DNA of 64,000 nucleotides from Candidatus Zixiibacteriota bacterium (lineage in GTDB: Bacteria; Zixibacteria; MSB-5A5; GN15; FEB-12): NCBI GenBank assembly GCA_020346225.1, contig CP070777.1, forward strand, positions 2,623,890 through 2,687,889. The letters are read 5' to 3'. The notes under the pieces are model-generated. The model was not told where the DNA came from. It saw nothing but the letters and a program-made list of their open reading frames with translations, and did not search any database. Each line of letters opens with the position of its first letter. Position 1 is the first letter of the stretch. Of the stretch, positions 1 to 8,592 are shown one piece after another. The position numbers were made by a program, and so were the translations under genes.

Positions 1-73
1 CGCGGGGTCTTCGAGCCTGCAGTGAAGGGACCGCCAAGGCCGCCACCAGCACAATAATTAGAGACTTGCGCAT
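1..73 (-). CDS. 5' end (signal peptide) of an exported protein whose body lies left of the window
   Basis: ATG at 71-73 (minus) preceded by GAGAGGAGAAGG Shine-Dalgarno-like run. Translates MRKSLIIVLVAALAVPSLQARRPR, a typical signal peptide. Truncated by the window edge. Confidence 0.35.
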   Translation of the reverse strand, partial: MRKSLIIVLVAALAVPSLQARRPR

Positions 74-266
74 CACCTTCTCCTCTCTTGGTTCAACCCT
101 TGAGCATGAACATAATGTTTTAAACTTATACAAAGTTAGTCAAGGAATAAATTAATAATTCCCGTCACCAGGACGTTGCCGGAGAGCGAACTACACCCCT
201 GACGGGATCGAGTACCGTCACGGACGATGCAAAGTAGCCGGCCGGTCACACGGCGACCCGGCGCGC

Positions 267-1133
267 TCACTCAAATCCGATTCGCTTCTTCCGGAAGAGC
301 TTCAGATAGTCGGCCGCCGTAGTGAAAGAGAAATCGCTCAGCAGCCTCTCTATCTTGTAGCGGAGAATTGACGTGGAACTGTAGGTCCGGAACCTCTGAA
401 TGGCGGAAAGGTGTTCCATGCGGGGGATGTCCGGGTCGATCTCCCACGGGTGAATATAGAAGACGACCGGGTGACCGGCGTCGTTCAACGATTGGATCAC
501 CTTCCGCGAGTACCAGTAAGGGGAATGCCTGAAATAACCGCCTCCGGCCACAGGAATGTTCTTGCCGAGAAGGCGGTAGGTTGTGGCCGGCAGTTCGTAC
601 AATTGGTGACCGTTACCGAAATCCAACTTAAACGGCTGGCGGGGACCGTCGGGCCAACCGTACAAGTCATGCTTGATGGGAAAGACGGAACTGTCGTAAA
701 GGAAACCCATCTCGGCAAGCGTCTCAAAAGCCCAGGTGTTGTCACCGTTGATGGACCAGCTCGGAGCCCGGTAGCCGTACGGCAGGGCGCCGGTGGCGCC
801 GAGGATGGCATTGACGGCCCGTTCCGTGTCCTTTTTGAACTGATCCGGCCTGAGCGAGTCGACCCGACGGTGATGATAACTGTGACAGCCTATCTCGTGA
901 CCGGCCGCAAAAATCTCCTGTATCAGATCCGGGTACCTCTCGGCACACCAGCCAAGGACAAACCAGGTCGCCCTGACATTGTGACGCTTGAGCATCTCCA
1001 GCAGTCTCAAGCTGTTGTTGATCACCCTGGACGGCAGTGACGGCCAGTCGTCCAGAGCATGCCGCCCGGCCAGAGCCTCAACGACAAACCACTCTTCAAG
1101 ATCAACAGTAAAGATATTCTGGGTTTTTGTCAT
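267..1133 (-). CDS. polysaccharide deacetylase (NodB-like, type found in PEP-CTERM/XrtA EPS loci)
   Basis: 288-aa ORF. N-terminus FTVDLEEWF, HSYHH motif and C-terminal region recall the DUF3473-type polysaccharide deacetylases (family recognised from memory, no search run). Confidence 0.8.
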   Translation of the reverse strand: MTKTQNIFTVDLEEWFVVEALAGRHALDDWPSLPSRVINNSLRLLEMLKRHNVRATWFVLGWCAERYPDLIQEIFAAGHEIGCHSYHHRRVDSLRPDQFKKDTERAVNAILGATGALPYGYRAPSWSINGDNTWAFETLAEMGFLYDSSVFPIKHDLYGWPDGPRQPFKLDFGNGHQLYELPATTYRLLGKNIPVAGGGYFRHSPYWYSRKVIQSLNDAGHPVVFYIHPWEIDPDIPRMEHLSAIQRFRTYSSTSILRYKIERLLSDFSFTTAADYLKLFRKKRIGFE

Positions 1134-1503
1134 AACTCGCTAACTCTCACTAACAATCAGTTATTCAACATCTTAGCCCTGACGCCCTCTCGCCGACAGG
1201 ACAAATACGGGATACTGGGTCGTCTGGGTCGCTGCGGTCCACGTTCCTTAGCCCTTGCAACCTTCGGGAACCCGCCTTGGTTCCCGCCTTAACGTCACCT
1301 AACCCGGTCTCGCCTCAGCGATTCGGGCGGTAACGGGCTCGAGGGTACGGCGCCGATCCAACCGGCCGCCTACCCGGAACCTGGGCACTATGTGCTTCGG
1401 GAAATCTGTCGCTGACTGGAAACACGTTCCTGAATAGGTCAGTAATGCGCCCTTTTAAGTCGGCCAGGAGTTCGTTGGCAACCCGGCCGAACAATGCCCC
1501 TTT

Positions 1504-2307
1504 TTAGCTCCGCGCAACGTTGTCTTGCGGAGAATCTTCTTTCTTCGCAGCACCTCTTTCTTCTTTTGCCGGTTTCTTCTTCCCGGTCGCTCTCTGATTG
1601 AGCAACCGCTTCGGGCTATAATCATAGTGATAATATTCATAATCATAGTAATACGGCAGGCTGTGGTTCATATTGTTGAGTACCACCCCCAACACATTGC
1701 TGGTCTCCGGGTCGACAATTTGCACGGCGCGCTGCGCCACTTCCTTCTGGGTGGAGCCGGCCTTGACAACCAGAAGCACGCCGTCCACCTTCGGGGCCAG
1801 CAGCATCGGGTCGGACACCGGCAGAAGCGGCGCGCAATCGACCACGATGAGGTCATAGTAGAATTTCATCTCATCGATCAGACGCCCGATGGCCTCGGGG
1901 TCGAACACCTCGGTGGGGTTTTCCCGCAACCGACCGCAGGTAAGAACATGCAGGTTCTCGACGGCGGTCTTATGGAGAGCGTCGGTCGGGTCATGTCCTT
2001 CCGCGAGAACCTCACTCAAACCCGGACCGGCCGGCAATCCGAACAGCTTGTGGACCGACGGCTTTCTCAGGTCGGCGTCGACAATCAGCGTCTTAAGCTT
2101 CTTCTTCATGACCGCCGTCAGAGCCAACAGACAACAGGCGGTGGACTTGCCCTCTCCCACCATGGCCGAAGTCACCAGCACCGATTTTACCGGCTCCTCC
2201 CGATCCTGGTTCATGATGCGGTGAAGCAGCCGGCGATATTCGGTTACGTAAGGCGCCTCCATGTCATAGAGGTCGGCTATGCTGACCGGTGTCTGTGCCA
2301 TCTTCAC
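1504..2307 (-). CDS. bacterial tyrosine (BY) autokinase, CpsD/CapB/EpsG-like
   Basis: Walker A GEGKST, Walker A' VDADLRKP, Walker B VVDCAP, C-terminal tyrosine cluster YYYDYEYYHYDY. Confidence 0.85.
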   Translation of the reverse strand: MKMAQTPVSIADLYDMEAPYVTEYRRLLHRIMNQDREEPVKSVLVTSAMVGEGKSTACCLLALTAVMKKKLKTLIVDADLRKPSVHKLFGLPAGPGLSEVLAEGHDPTDALHKTAVENLHVLTCGRLRENPTEVFDPEAIGRLIDEMKFYYDLIVVDCAPLLPVSDPMLLAPKVDGVLLVVKAGSTQKEVAQRAVQIVDPETSNVLGVVLNNMNHSLPYYYDYEYYHYDYSPKRLLNQRATGKKKPAKEERGAAKKEDSPQDNVARS

Positions 2308-3429
2308 TCAATTCTGGTCGGTGATTTTTTCAACGACCTGTTTGATTTTATCATAGACGTCTTCCGCAGCATCAAGGTGCGACCCGATTTTGGCCAGGCC
2401 GGGATTGATCTCCAGGGTCTTGTGAAAATGCTCGAGACCTTTTTTCCATTGCATTCGAGCCAGCTCCAGATAGCACCTCGAAAGCTCGGCGTACAGATCG
2501 ACATAGGTCGGATTCTTGACAATCTCGTTATGGAGAAAGTCGATTCTATCCTGAACGATCTTCTCGGTGATCCACTGGGGATGGAGGGCGTACTTCATGT
2601 AGTAAGGCGCATACCGGCGACCGTGGCTCTCTTTTTTCTCCTGGCGGACACTGTACAGCAGATTGGCCGCCGCCTTCAGGTCGCGGGCTTCGAGCGCCCG
2701 GATACCTTTCTCGAACGTCGCTGTTTTGTAACCCGGGTATATCAGGGCGGCCTTGTTGAAGTAATCGTTTGCCTTGGTCACCAAATTGGGCACCACGGCG
2801 ACCCGGTCATCCCGTCGTGCTTCCAGGATCAGAGCCAGACCGTAGTTGAAGTAGGCGTCTCCGTAATACAGATTGATCTCGATGGCCCGGGCAAATTCGG
2901 CCTGAGCCTTGTCGAGCGACTTGGCGGCCAGATAAGCCTCGCCCAGATTATTGTGATAGTCGGCATAGTCCGGCCGGGTGGCAACAGCTTTCTCGGCGGC
3001 GCTCACGGCCCGGTCGTTGTGGCCCAGACCGAGCTCGGCCTGCCCGAGGAAGTTGCTGGCTTCATGATAACGGCCGTTGAGCTTAACCGCCGCCTCGAAG
3101 AGTTCCCGTGCCTCAACGAAAAGACGCTTGTAGAAAAAGGCCAGTCCGAGATGGTACATGATTTCGGGGTTGGTGCTTTCCATGGCCTGACGATATGCTT
3201 TCAGCAGGGTCTCGATTTCCTTTTTCTTCTCCCCGTGCGTCGATTTGACCAGCGACAGGACTTCCTCCGGCCGGGCCTGCTCGGGGTGCGGCAACCGGGC
3301 GACATCGGCCAGCTTGCCGTTGACGTATACCTCGGACGAAACCGTACCCAGCGCCACGTCGTTGGTCGTCTGAATCACGTACTCCTTGTCGTTTTCGACA
3401 ACTCGGCTGTTGAGTCGGTAGGTCTCCAT
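2308..3429 (-). CDS. TPR-repeat protein
   Basis: 373-aa ORF with repeated TPR-like helix pairs. Directly abuts both neighbours: stop of the upstream gene 3 nt away, start of the kinase immediately adjacent. Confidence 0.75.
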   Translation of the reverse strand: METYRLNSRVVENDKEYVIQTTNDVALGTVSSEVYVNGKLADVARLPHPEQARPEEVLSLVKSTHGEKKKEIETLLKAYRQAMESTNPEIMYHLGLAFFYKRLFVEARELFEAAVKLNGRYHEASNFLGQAELGLGHNDRAVSAAEKAVATRPDYADYHNNLGEAYLAAKSLDKAQAEFARAIEINLYYGDAYFNYGLALILEARRDDRVAVVPNLVTKANDYFNKAALIYPGYKTATFEKGIRALEARDLKAAANLLYSVRQEKKESHGRRYAPYYMKYALHPQWITEKIVQDRIDFLHNEIVKNPTYVDLYAELSRCYLELARMQWKKGLEHFHKTLEINPGLAKIGSHLDAAEDVYDKIKQVVEKITDQN

Positions 3430-3432
3430 ACG

Positions 3433-4926
3433 TTATTTCATCACCTTGAGGTTCTCAACCCTGGGTATCGTGGCCAGTACCGGAAGTCCCAGCGTGGCCT
3501 CCACGTCCTCCACCCGTCTGAAAGAGTGGTCGAACAGTTCGGTGAGGAACACGAAGGCGGCGCCCAGGGCCAGACCGAGCACGAACCCCAGTAAGATAAT
3601 CTTCCTCTTGTCCGGCCAGAACGCTTCCAGCGGCAACTGGGCCGGTTCGACGACGCGGTATTTGACCCGGTCTCTGGCCTGCTCCGAAAGGATGCCGGCC
3701 GTGGTCTCTTCCGACCTGAAAGCATCGCGGTAACGCCGGGCATTCTCCACCCGGCTCTGCAGCTCGACGATTTCCGATTCCAGTTGCGGAACCAGAAGAA
3801 TGCGGCGATTGATTTCATCCAGAGGTTGCTGCAACCGCGTCTCCTTGGAATTCAATATGTCGAGGTTCTCCTTCACGATGAAGTACCGGGTCAGCAATTG
3901 CTGCTGATTGGCCGGCAGGGCACCATACTGGGCACCGACGGCCGACTGCACCGCTTCTTCCAGGAACCTCATATTGGCGTTCAGCCTGATATTCACGTCA
4001 ATTACATTCTGCTCGTTCCAGGCGTATTTCTCCATCATGTTGCCGTAGGTGGCCACCAGACCGTCGATAGCCGTCCGCAGGGTAACGATCGAGTCGCTGT
4101 ACTTGAGGCGAGCTTCCGCCAGATTGTAGCCCTGCAGCTGCGACTGCAGCGCCGCAAGCTCGCGCCGATAGTCGTCGCGTTCCAGCCGGGTCTTCTCGAT
4201 GCTCGAAGAGATGGCGGCATGGTTGGCCTCGGAAGCTACCGCCTCGGGAAGCTGCAGGCGCGACAGGCGAGCCTGGGCCGCGTTGAGAGAATCCAGCACC
4301 CGCTGGTAGTAATACTCGGTCTTCTTGAGTTGGGTATCGGTGAAGGCCTGATTGTCCAGAATCTTCTCCATCTCGTACTTGGCTTTTTCACGCTCGAGAA
4401 TGGTGGCCAGACGGTCGGCCATACTGCGGGCCATGAAGGGGTCATGTGATTCGACACGGATTCTGATCTGGTCATAACCGTGAAACGATACCGAGATCTG
4501 CCCGCGCAACTTCTCCACCAGAAGGTTATACTTGATTTCTTCCAGGCTGTACTCCGGCGTGCTCTCCCTGGCCTTGACGGCCCGGCTGGTGATCTCCGCA
4601 TCATCATCAAGCTTCATTTCCCGAATCAGCTGGAGCAGAAAATTCTTCGATGTGATCTCCGTCTGCAGGGCCAGCTGACGGCTCATCTGCTCTTCCCGCG
4701 TTTCGCGGCGGTCGCCGACAATACTCATGAGCTCGCGGGACACGCTGGCCGGTTTGTCGATCCAGACAATGGTAGACGCCTCGTACTTGGGCTGGAGAAA
4801 ATAGGTGCTGCCATAGGCAACGGCCGTAATGATGACAACAGGCAGAACCACCAGCCACTTTCGCCTCAGGGCGATGGCCAGCAGCTCTCTGATGTCTATA
4901 TGTTTAACCTCGTTCGGCGTTTCCAT
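3433..4926 (-). CDS. polysaccharide chain-length determinant (Wzz/GumC/EpsF-like co-polymerase)
   Basis: N-terminal TM (LVVLPVVIITAVAYG) and C-terminal TM (ILLGFVLGLALGAAFVFL) flank a long coiled-coil region, the classic PCP architecture lacking its own kinase domain. Confidence 0.8.
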   Translation of the reverse strand: METPNEVKHIDIRELLAIALRRKWLVVLPVVIITAVAYGSTYFLQPKYEASTIVWIDKPASVSRELMSIVGDRRETREEQMSRQLALQTEITSKNFLLQLIREMKLDDDAEITSRAVKARESTPEYSLEEIKYNLLVEKLRGQISVSFHGYDQIRIRVESHDPFMARSMADRLATILEREKAKYEMEKILDNQAFTDTQLKKTEYYYQRVLDSLNAAQARLSRLQLPEAVASEANHAAISSSIEKTRLERDDYRRELAALQSQLQGYNLAEARLKYSDSIVTLRTAIDGLVATYGNMMEKYAWNEQNVIDVNIRLNANMRFLEEAVQSAVGAQYGALPANQQQLLTRYFIVKENLDILNSKETRLQQPLDEINRRILLVPQLESEIVELQSRVENARRYRDAFRSEETTAGILSEQARDRVKYRVVEPAQLPLEAFWPDKRKIILLGFVLGLALGAAFVFLTELFDHSFRRVEDVEATLGLPVLATIPRVENLKVMK

Positions 4927-4938
4927 AATCTACCGTCC

Positions 4939-5931
4939 TTATCCGGCCCCCGGCGCCGGAGCCGCACCGCCACCGCCGCCCTCGGCCGTGACGACCTCGT
5001 AAATAATCACGGCGGAAGTGATAATCCCGAGAATCGTGGCCGCCGTCGGCAGGCCGATACCCAGGAATCCTTCCCGACGATACGGGACGATGAAAGTGTC
5101 CTCCTTTTGCAGAATGTAGCGCGGAGGCGACCCGGTCTTGGAGTATTTATCCAGATCGACCTGGATTGTCTGCGCGTAGTACCCGTCTTTGGTGACGACC
5201 CGCGCCTTCTTCAAATCGGCTTCGAGAACCGGCCCGCCGGCCAGCGCCAGGGCCTCCATCACGTCCACGTCCTCCTGAAAACTTATCGGACCGGGTGTGG
5301 TAACAGCGCCAATCACGTATATCACGTTCTTGCGCGTGACCTGCTGGCTTATATCCGCGGAAGGTATGCCGGCGGGCGTGCGCGGAATTTCTATTGTGTC
5401 TTCCCGGCGGATCTGGGGAAGCTGGTCCAGCCGCCCCGATTCTATAGCCTCGATTACGTTAACGACCTCCACCTTGCCGGCATCACGGCCGCCGCGGATA
5501 ATGGTCACCCGGGTCAGGTCGCCGATGTCACTGATACCGCCGGCTTCGTTGATGATTGTCCACAGGTCGGGTATCTCTTCGAAGGTGAGCTTGCCCGGGT
5601 TGAGTACCTGCCCCTTGACAAAGACATACTGGTACTGGTACTCGATAACTCTGACCACGGCCTGGGAAATCCGGGTGTTGAGGCGCGACATCTGACGGAC
5701 GATATCGTTCTGCAGCTCGGTAGTGGTCTTTCCGGCAGCCTGCACCTGACCGATAATGTCCAGATTGATCATGCCGTCTTGCCCGACTCGAACGTCCACG
5801 TTAAGAGTGGCGTCCTGCCAGAAGCGAATCTCGAGAAGATCGCCGGGGCCTATCCGGTAACCCTCCGCGGCCCGGGCGCCCACCGCCATAAGGGCCAGCG
5901 CCACAAGCAGATATGCTATTTTCCGGTTCAT
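4939..5931 (-). CDS. polysaccharide export protein (Wza/EpsE-like, Poly_export + SLBB)
   Basis: Signal peptide, GPGDLLEIRFW Poly_export-type motif, repeated SLBB-like segments, C-terminal hydrophobic helix and Gly/Ala tail. Confidence 0.8.
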   Translation of the reverse strand: MNRKIAYLLVALALMAVGARAAEGYRIGPGDLLEIRFWQDATLNVDVRVGQDGMINLDIIGQVQAAGKTTTELQNDIVRQMSRLNTRISQAVVRVIEYQYQYVFVKGQVLNPGKLTFEEIPDLWTIINEAGGISDIGDLTRVTIIRGGRDAGKVEVVNVIEAIESGRLDQLPQIRREDTIEIPRTPAGIPSADISQQVTRKNVIYVIGAVTTPGPISFQEDVDVMEALALAGGPVLEADLKKARVVTKDGYYAQTIQVDLDKYSKTGSPPRYILQKEDTFIVPYRREGFLGIGLPTAATILGIITSAVIIYEVVTAEGGGGGAAPAPGAG

Positions 5932-6094
5932 AACGGTTTGATTTCTCTCTCGTATGATTAAGTATATAACTCCTTACAAAACAACTAAAAACGCCGGAGG
6001 TTTCAATTAAATCGCGACTCGCGGCGCTCGGCCGGCGACCGGCAAGGTTGTTTGATCTTGAAAATCACCGCCCCGCTCGACGGCCGAAAGACGT

Positions 6095-7729
6095 TCAGGG
6101 ACTTTCGGCGTACAGTAGTGACTTGTTGCGGCCTGTTTCCTTGGCCTTCAGTAAAGCCATATCAGCGGCGAAAATGAGCTTCTTGGAATCGGTGGCGTGC
6201 TTGGGGAACACGGCTCCCCCGATGGATACGGTGCAGCCGATCGGCTTGGCAACCCCCTCGATTACAAACTGTGTGTTCAGTATTTCGGTCTGAAGTCGCC
6301 GCATGAACCTCAGGCACATGGTCTCGTTGGTCTCCGGCATAATCACGCAGAATTCATCTCCCCCGTAGCGGGCGATCACGTCAATGGCGCGAATGGTCTT
6401 GCTCAGGATACCGCCCATCTGCCGCAGGATGGCGTCTCCGGCCAGGTGGCCATACGTATCGTTGGTGTACTTGAGCTCGTCGAGGTCGAAGATAATAAGC
6501 GCCAGGTTGCGATTATACCGCTTGGCACGATTGATTTCCTCGTGCAGGCGCTTGAAGAAATAGCGCTGATTGGCCAGGCCGGTCAGACCATCGGTATACG
6601 ACATCTCCTCCACACGCTCGAAGGATTCGGCGTTTTCAAAAAGGTGCAGAGCGTGGTCCCGGTAGACCTCGAGTTGTTTTTCAATGGCCGCGGTATCGGA
6701 ACCCTGGCTCCAGGCAAGCAACCCCGCGCGCTGAGCCGACAGCGGAAACGAGGCCACGTATCTCAGGCCGCTCTTCAAAAAGTCCCGTTTCCAGCGCTCG
6801 GCAGTCGGTCCGGATACCGGCAGTTCGTTCAAGTCATGATACGGACTGTCCTTCACCAGGCTGATGATCTCGCTCAGGGACCGGTTGTCGGGAATTTCGA
6901 AGGGGATGTCGATCCCGCGCCGAAGCGCCGTCGGCTCGCCATCATCCTCGCGCGAAGCATAAACGTAGGCGACGCCCCCCAGACCGGTGGCATCCCTGAA
7001 GGAATCGACAATCCGGTTGACGACGGTCTGCGTGCGGCGATGGCGGACCAGTTTGAGAAAGCGGGTCTCATGGGGCTGGATTTCTTCCGGACCGGCAGCC
7101 GGCCTTTTGCTCTCTTCCAGCTGTTTCTGGAGACTGTCATACTTGGCCTCGTGCCACTTTATGTGATAGGCCGCCGACAGAGACTGCGCGAGACTGGCCG
7201 CCAGCAGGGCAAAGGCCGGCGAACGCGTTTCGATATTGCTGCGGATGAAGTAAATGCCGTAGAGATTCTGGCGCCAGAAAACCGGGAAGAAGACGTCGAT
7301 CCCGAATCCGAGCAAAGCCCGGTAGAAACGTTCCGACAGAAGCTCTTTGATTAGACCGACCGGTCGGGGCAGGAAATCCGCCCTGAGCACATCGGCCAGC
7401 TTTTCGCTGTAGGTGAGATGGAAATCCCCGCGCTTGAAGCCGCCGATGCCATGAGAATAGTTGAGGTCCAGCGCCCCGCGTTTCTTGCGGACAAAGACAA
7501 TTCGATTGCAGCCGAAGGATTTGATGAGAAGGTCCGAAACCTTCCTGGCCACCTCCACGATGCCGCCGTCAACGCTGTTGGAACGGAGGAATTCCGAGAA
7601 GTCCTCGAGCCGCATGCCGCGGACAGCCGCCATCTGGCGTTTTTCACGCCGGATGCGGACGGCCAGCAGCACCAGAAGGGCGGCGGTCGAAACCGCAAGC
7701 AACAATATAAGAACGTCGTGGAAGGTCAT
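6095..7729 (-). CDS. membrane-anchored diguanylate cyclase (GGDEF) with N-terminal sensory region
   Basis: N-terminal TM helix. C-terminal GGDEF domain with intact RYGGDEF active site and RAID I-site 5 residues upstream (same spacing as PleD). Confidence 0.85.
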   Translation of the reverse strand: MTFHDVLILLLAVSTAALLVLLAVRIRREKRQMAAVRGMRLEDFSEFLRSNSVDGGIVEVARKVSDLLIKSFGCNRIVFVRKKRGALDLNYSHGIGGFKRGDFHLTYSEKLADVLRADFLPRPVGLIKELLSERFYRALLGFGIDVFFPVFWRQNLYGIYFIRSNIETRSPAFALLAASLAQSLSAAYHIKWHEAKYDSLQKQLEESKRPAAGPEEIQPHETRFLKLVRHRRTQTVVNRIVDSFRDATGLGGVAYVYASREDDGEPTALRRGIDIPFEIPDNRSLSEIISLVKDSPYHDLNELPVSGPTAERWKRDFLKSGLRYVASFPLSAQRAGLLAWSQGSDTAAIEKQLEVYRDHALHLFENAESFERVEEMSYTDGLTGLANQRYFFKRLHEEINRAKRYNRNLALIIFDLDELKYTNDTYGHLAGDAILRQMGGILSKTIRAIDVIARYGGDEFCVIMPETNETMCLRFMRRLQTEILNTQFVIEGVAKPIGCTVSIGGAVFPKHATDSKKLIFAADMALLKAKETGRNKSLLYAESP

Positions 7730-7765
7730 GCCCAGAAACCAATTAACAAAAACTGTACCTACCTA

Positions 7766-7793
7766 AATATAGACCGGGCTGCAGAACTGTCAA
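7766..7793 (-). promoter_or_regulatory. sigma70-type promoter for the GGDEF gene
   Basis: Minus strand reads TTGACA-N16-TATATT, preceded by a T6 run. The -10 ends about 37 nt upstream of the ATG at 7729. Confidence 0.5.
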
Positions 7794-7824
7794 TGAAAAA
7801 AGGGGTGGCGTAACTCGGGAGGTT

Positions 7825-8118
7825 TCAGCGTCGCCCGAAGATATATTTGAAGCGGGACCGCCTGGTCAGCAGCCTTTTAACCCTGAGTATTCGGAAGATC
7901 CGCCACCAGCTGGGATTGAGGTTGCCGTGTCGGTAGCGCAGCTCAATGTTAATCTCTTTTATGGTTATGAAGGGATCCTGCGTAACGAGATTGACCACGG
8001 CTGTGTCAAGATCGAGAGCCGTCGCGACCGGCTGCGACGGGTTGTCCTCGGTCGTCGACCTGTCGGTGCCGGGTTGGGCGTCAACGACCGTTACCCTCGT
8101 CAGCCCTCCGACTTTTTT
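7825..8118 (-). other. 95-codon open -1 frame continuing from the STAS gene (possible frameshift- or homopolymer-dependent C-terminal extension)
   Basis: Frame is open from the A10 run to the TGA at 7825-7827. No ATG/GTG/TTG until 57 codons from its end. 70 of 95 codons end in G/C by hand count. It fills the apparent 370-nt gap between the STAS and GGDEF genes. Confidence 0.35.
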
Positions 8119-8486
8119 TTTTGATCGTCCCCGGAACCGCCGAAAGCGTTCCGGGCTTCGTCGACCGACGCGTAAGCGCTCAGGACGTTGTCAAACTCAA
8201 GAAGCTCGTAAATCTCAAAAACGTTGTCGATCATGCTGGCCAGCTTGATGTCGCCGTCCCGGGCCCTGACGTCCTTGATGTGGGAGATGAAGATTCCCCA
8301 GCCGGCCGAAGAAATGTAATCGACTCCGGCCAGGTCGACGACGATCTTGTACCGGTCCCGCTTGAGGAGCGAATCCAGGACATCCTCCAACTGGGTAGCC
8401 GTAAGGGTGTCAATGACACCGTCGACCCGGATCTCCGATATCTCGGTTCGCCCTCCTTCGAGTAAAGATATGGAGATGTTATCCAT
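8100..8486 (-). CDS. STAS-domain anti-sigma-factor antagonist (SpoIIAA/RsbV/HsbA-like)
   Basis: 128-aa ORF with STAS pattern (LDSLL..., DLAGVDYISSAGWGIF containing the conserved phosphorylatable Ser context). SD AGGAG 4 nt before the ATG. Confidence 0.85.
   Translation of the reverse strand: MDNISISLLEGGRTEISEIRVDGVIDTLTATQLEDVLDSLLKRDRYKIVVDLAGVDYISSAGWGIFISHIKDVRARDGDIKLASMIDNVFEIYELLEFDNVLSAYASVDEARNAFGGSGDDQKKKSEG
8113..8122 (-). repeat. A10 homopolymer (T10 on plus strand) encoding KKK, contains A_AAA_AAG heptamer
   Basis: Read directly: CAA AAA AAA AAG TCG GAG GGC TGA on the minus strand. Confidence 0.95.
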
Positions 8487-8592
8487 AGCGCTCCTGCTGA
8501 GTTTCGGTAACCTCGAAAAGATACGGAATTAACGCCAATTTGCGGCGGCGTAGCAAGGAAAATTTTCCCGACGGGCGGCCGGCGTCGCGGCT

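Noticed and set aside
1134-1503. c-di-GMP riboswitch upstream of the EPS deacetylase gene
   Set aside because: I could not find the conserved GEMM-I (GCAAAGCC/ACGCA-type) or class II core motifs. The region is kept only as an unexplained structured leader.
1525-3594. Very long plus-strand ORFs (for example 1525-3594 at 689 aa, 4480-5961 at 493 aa, 37132-38778 at 548 aa, 21090-22307 at 405 aa)
   Set aside because: Each lies antisense to a minus-strand gene with clear family motifs. Their products are Arg/Gly/His/Leu-rich low-complexity strings without recognisable domains, which is typical of shadow ORFs in GC-rich DNA.
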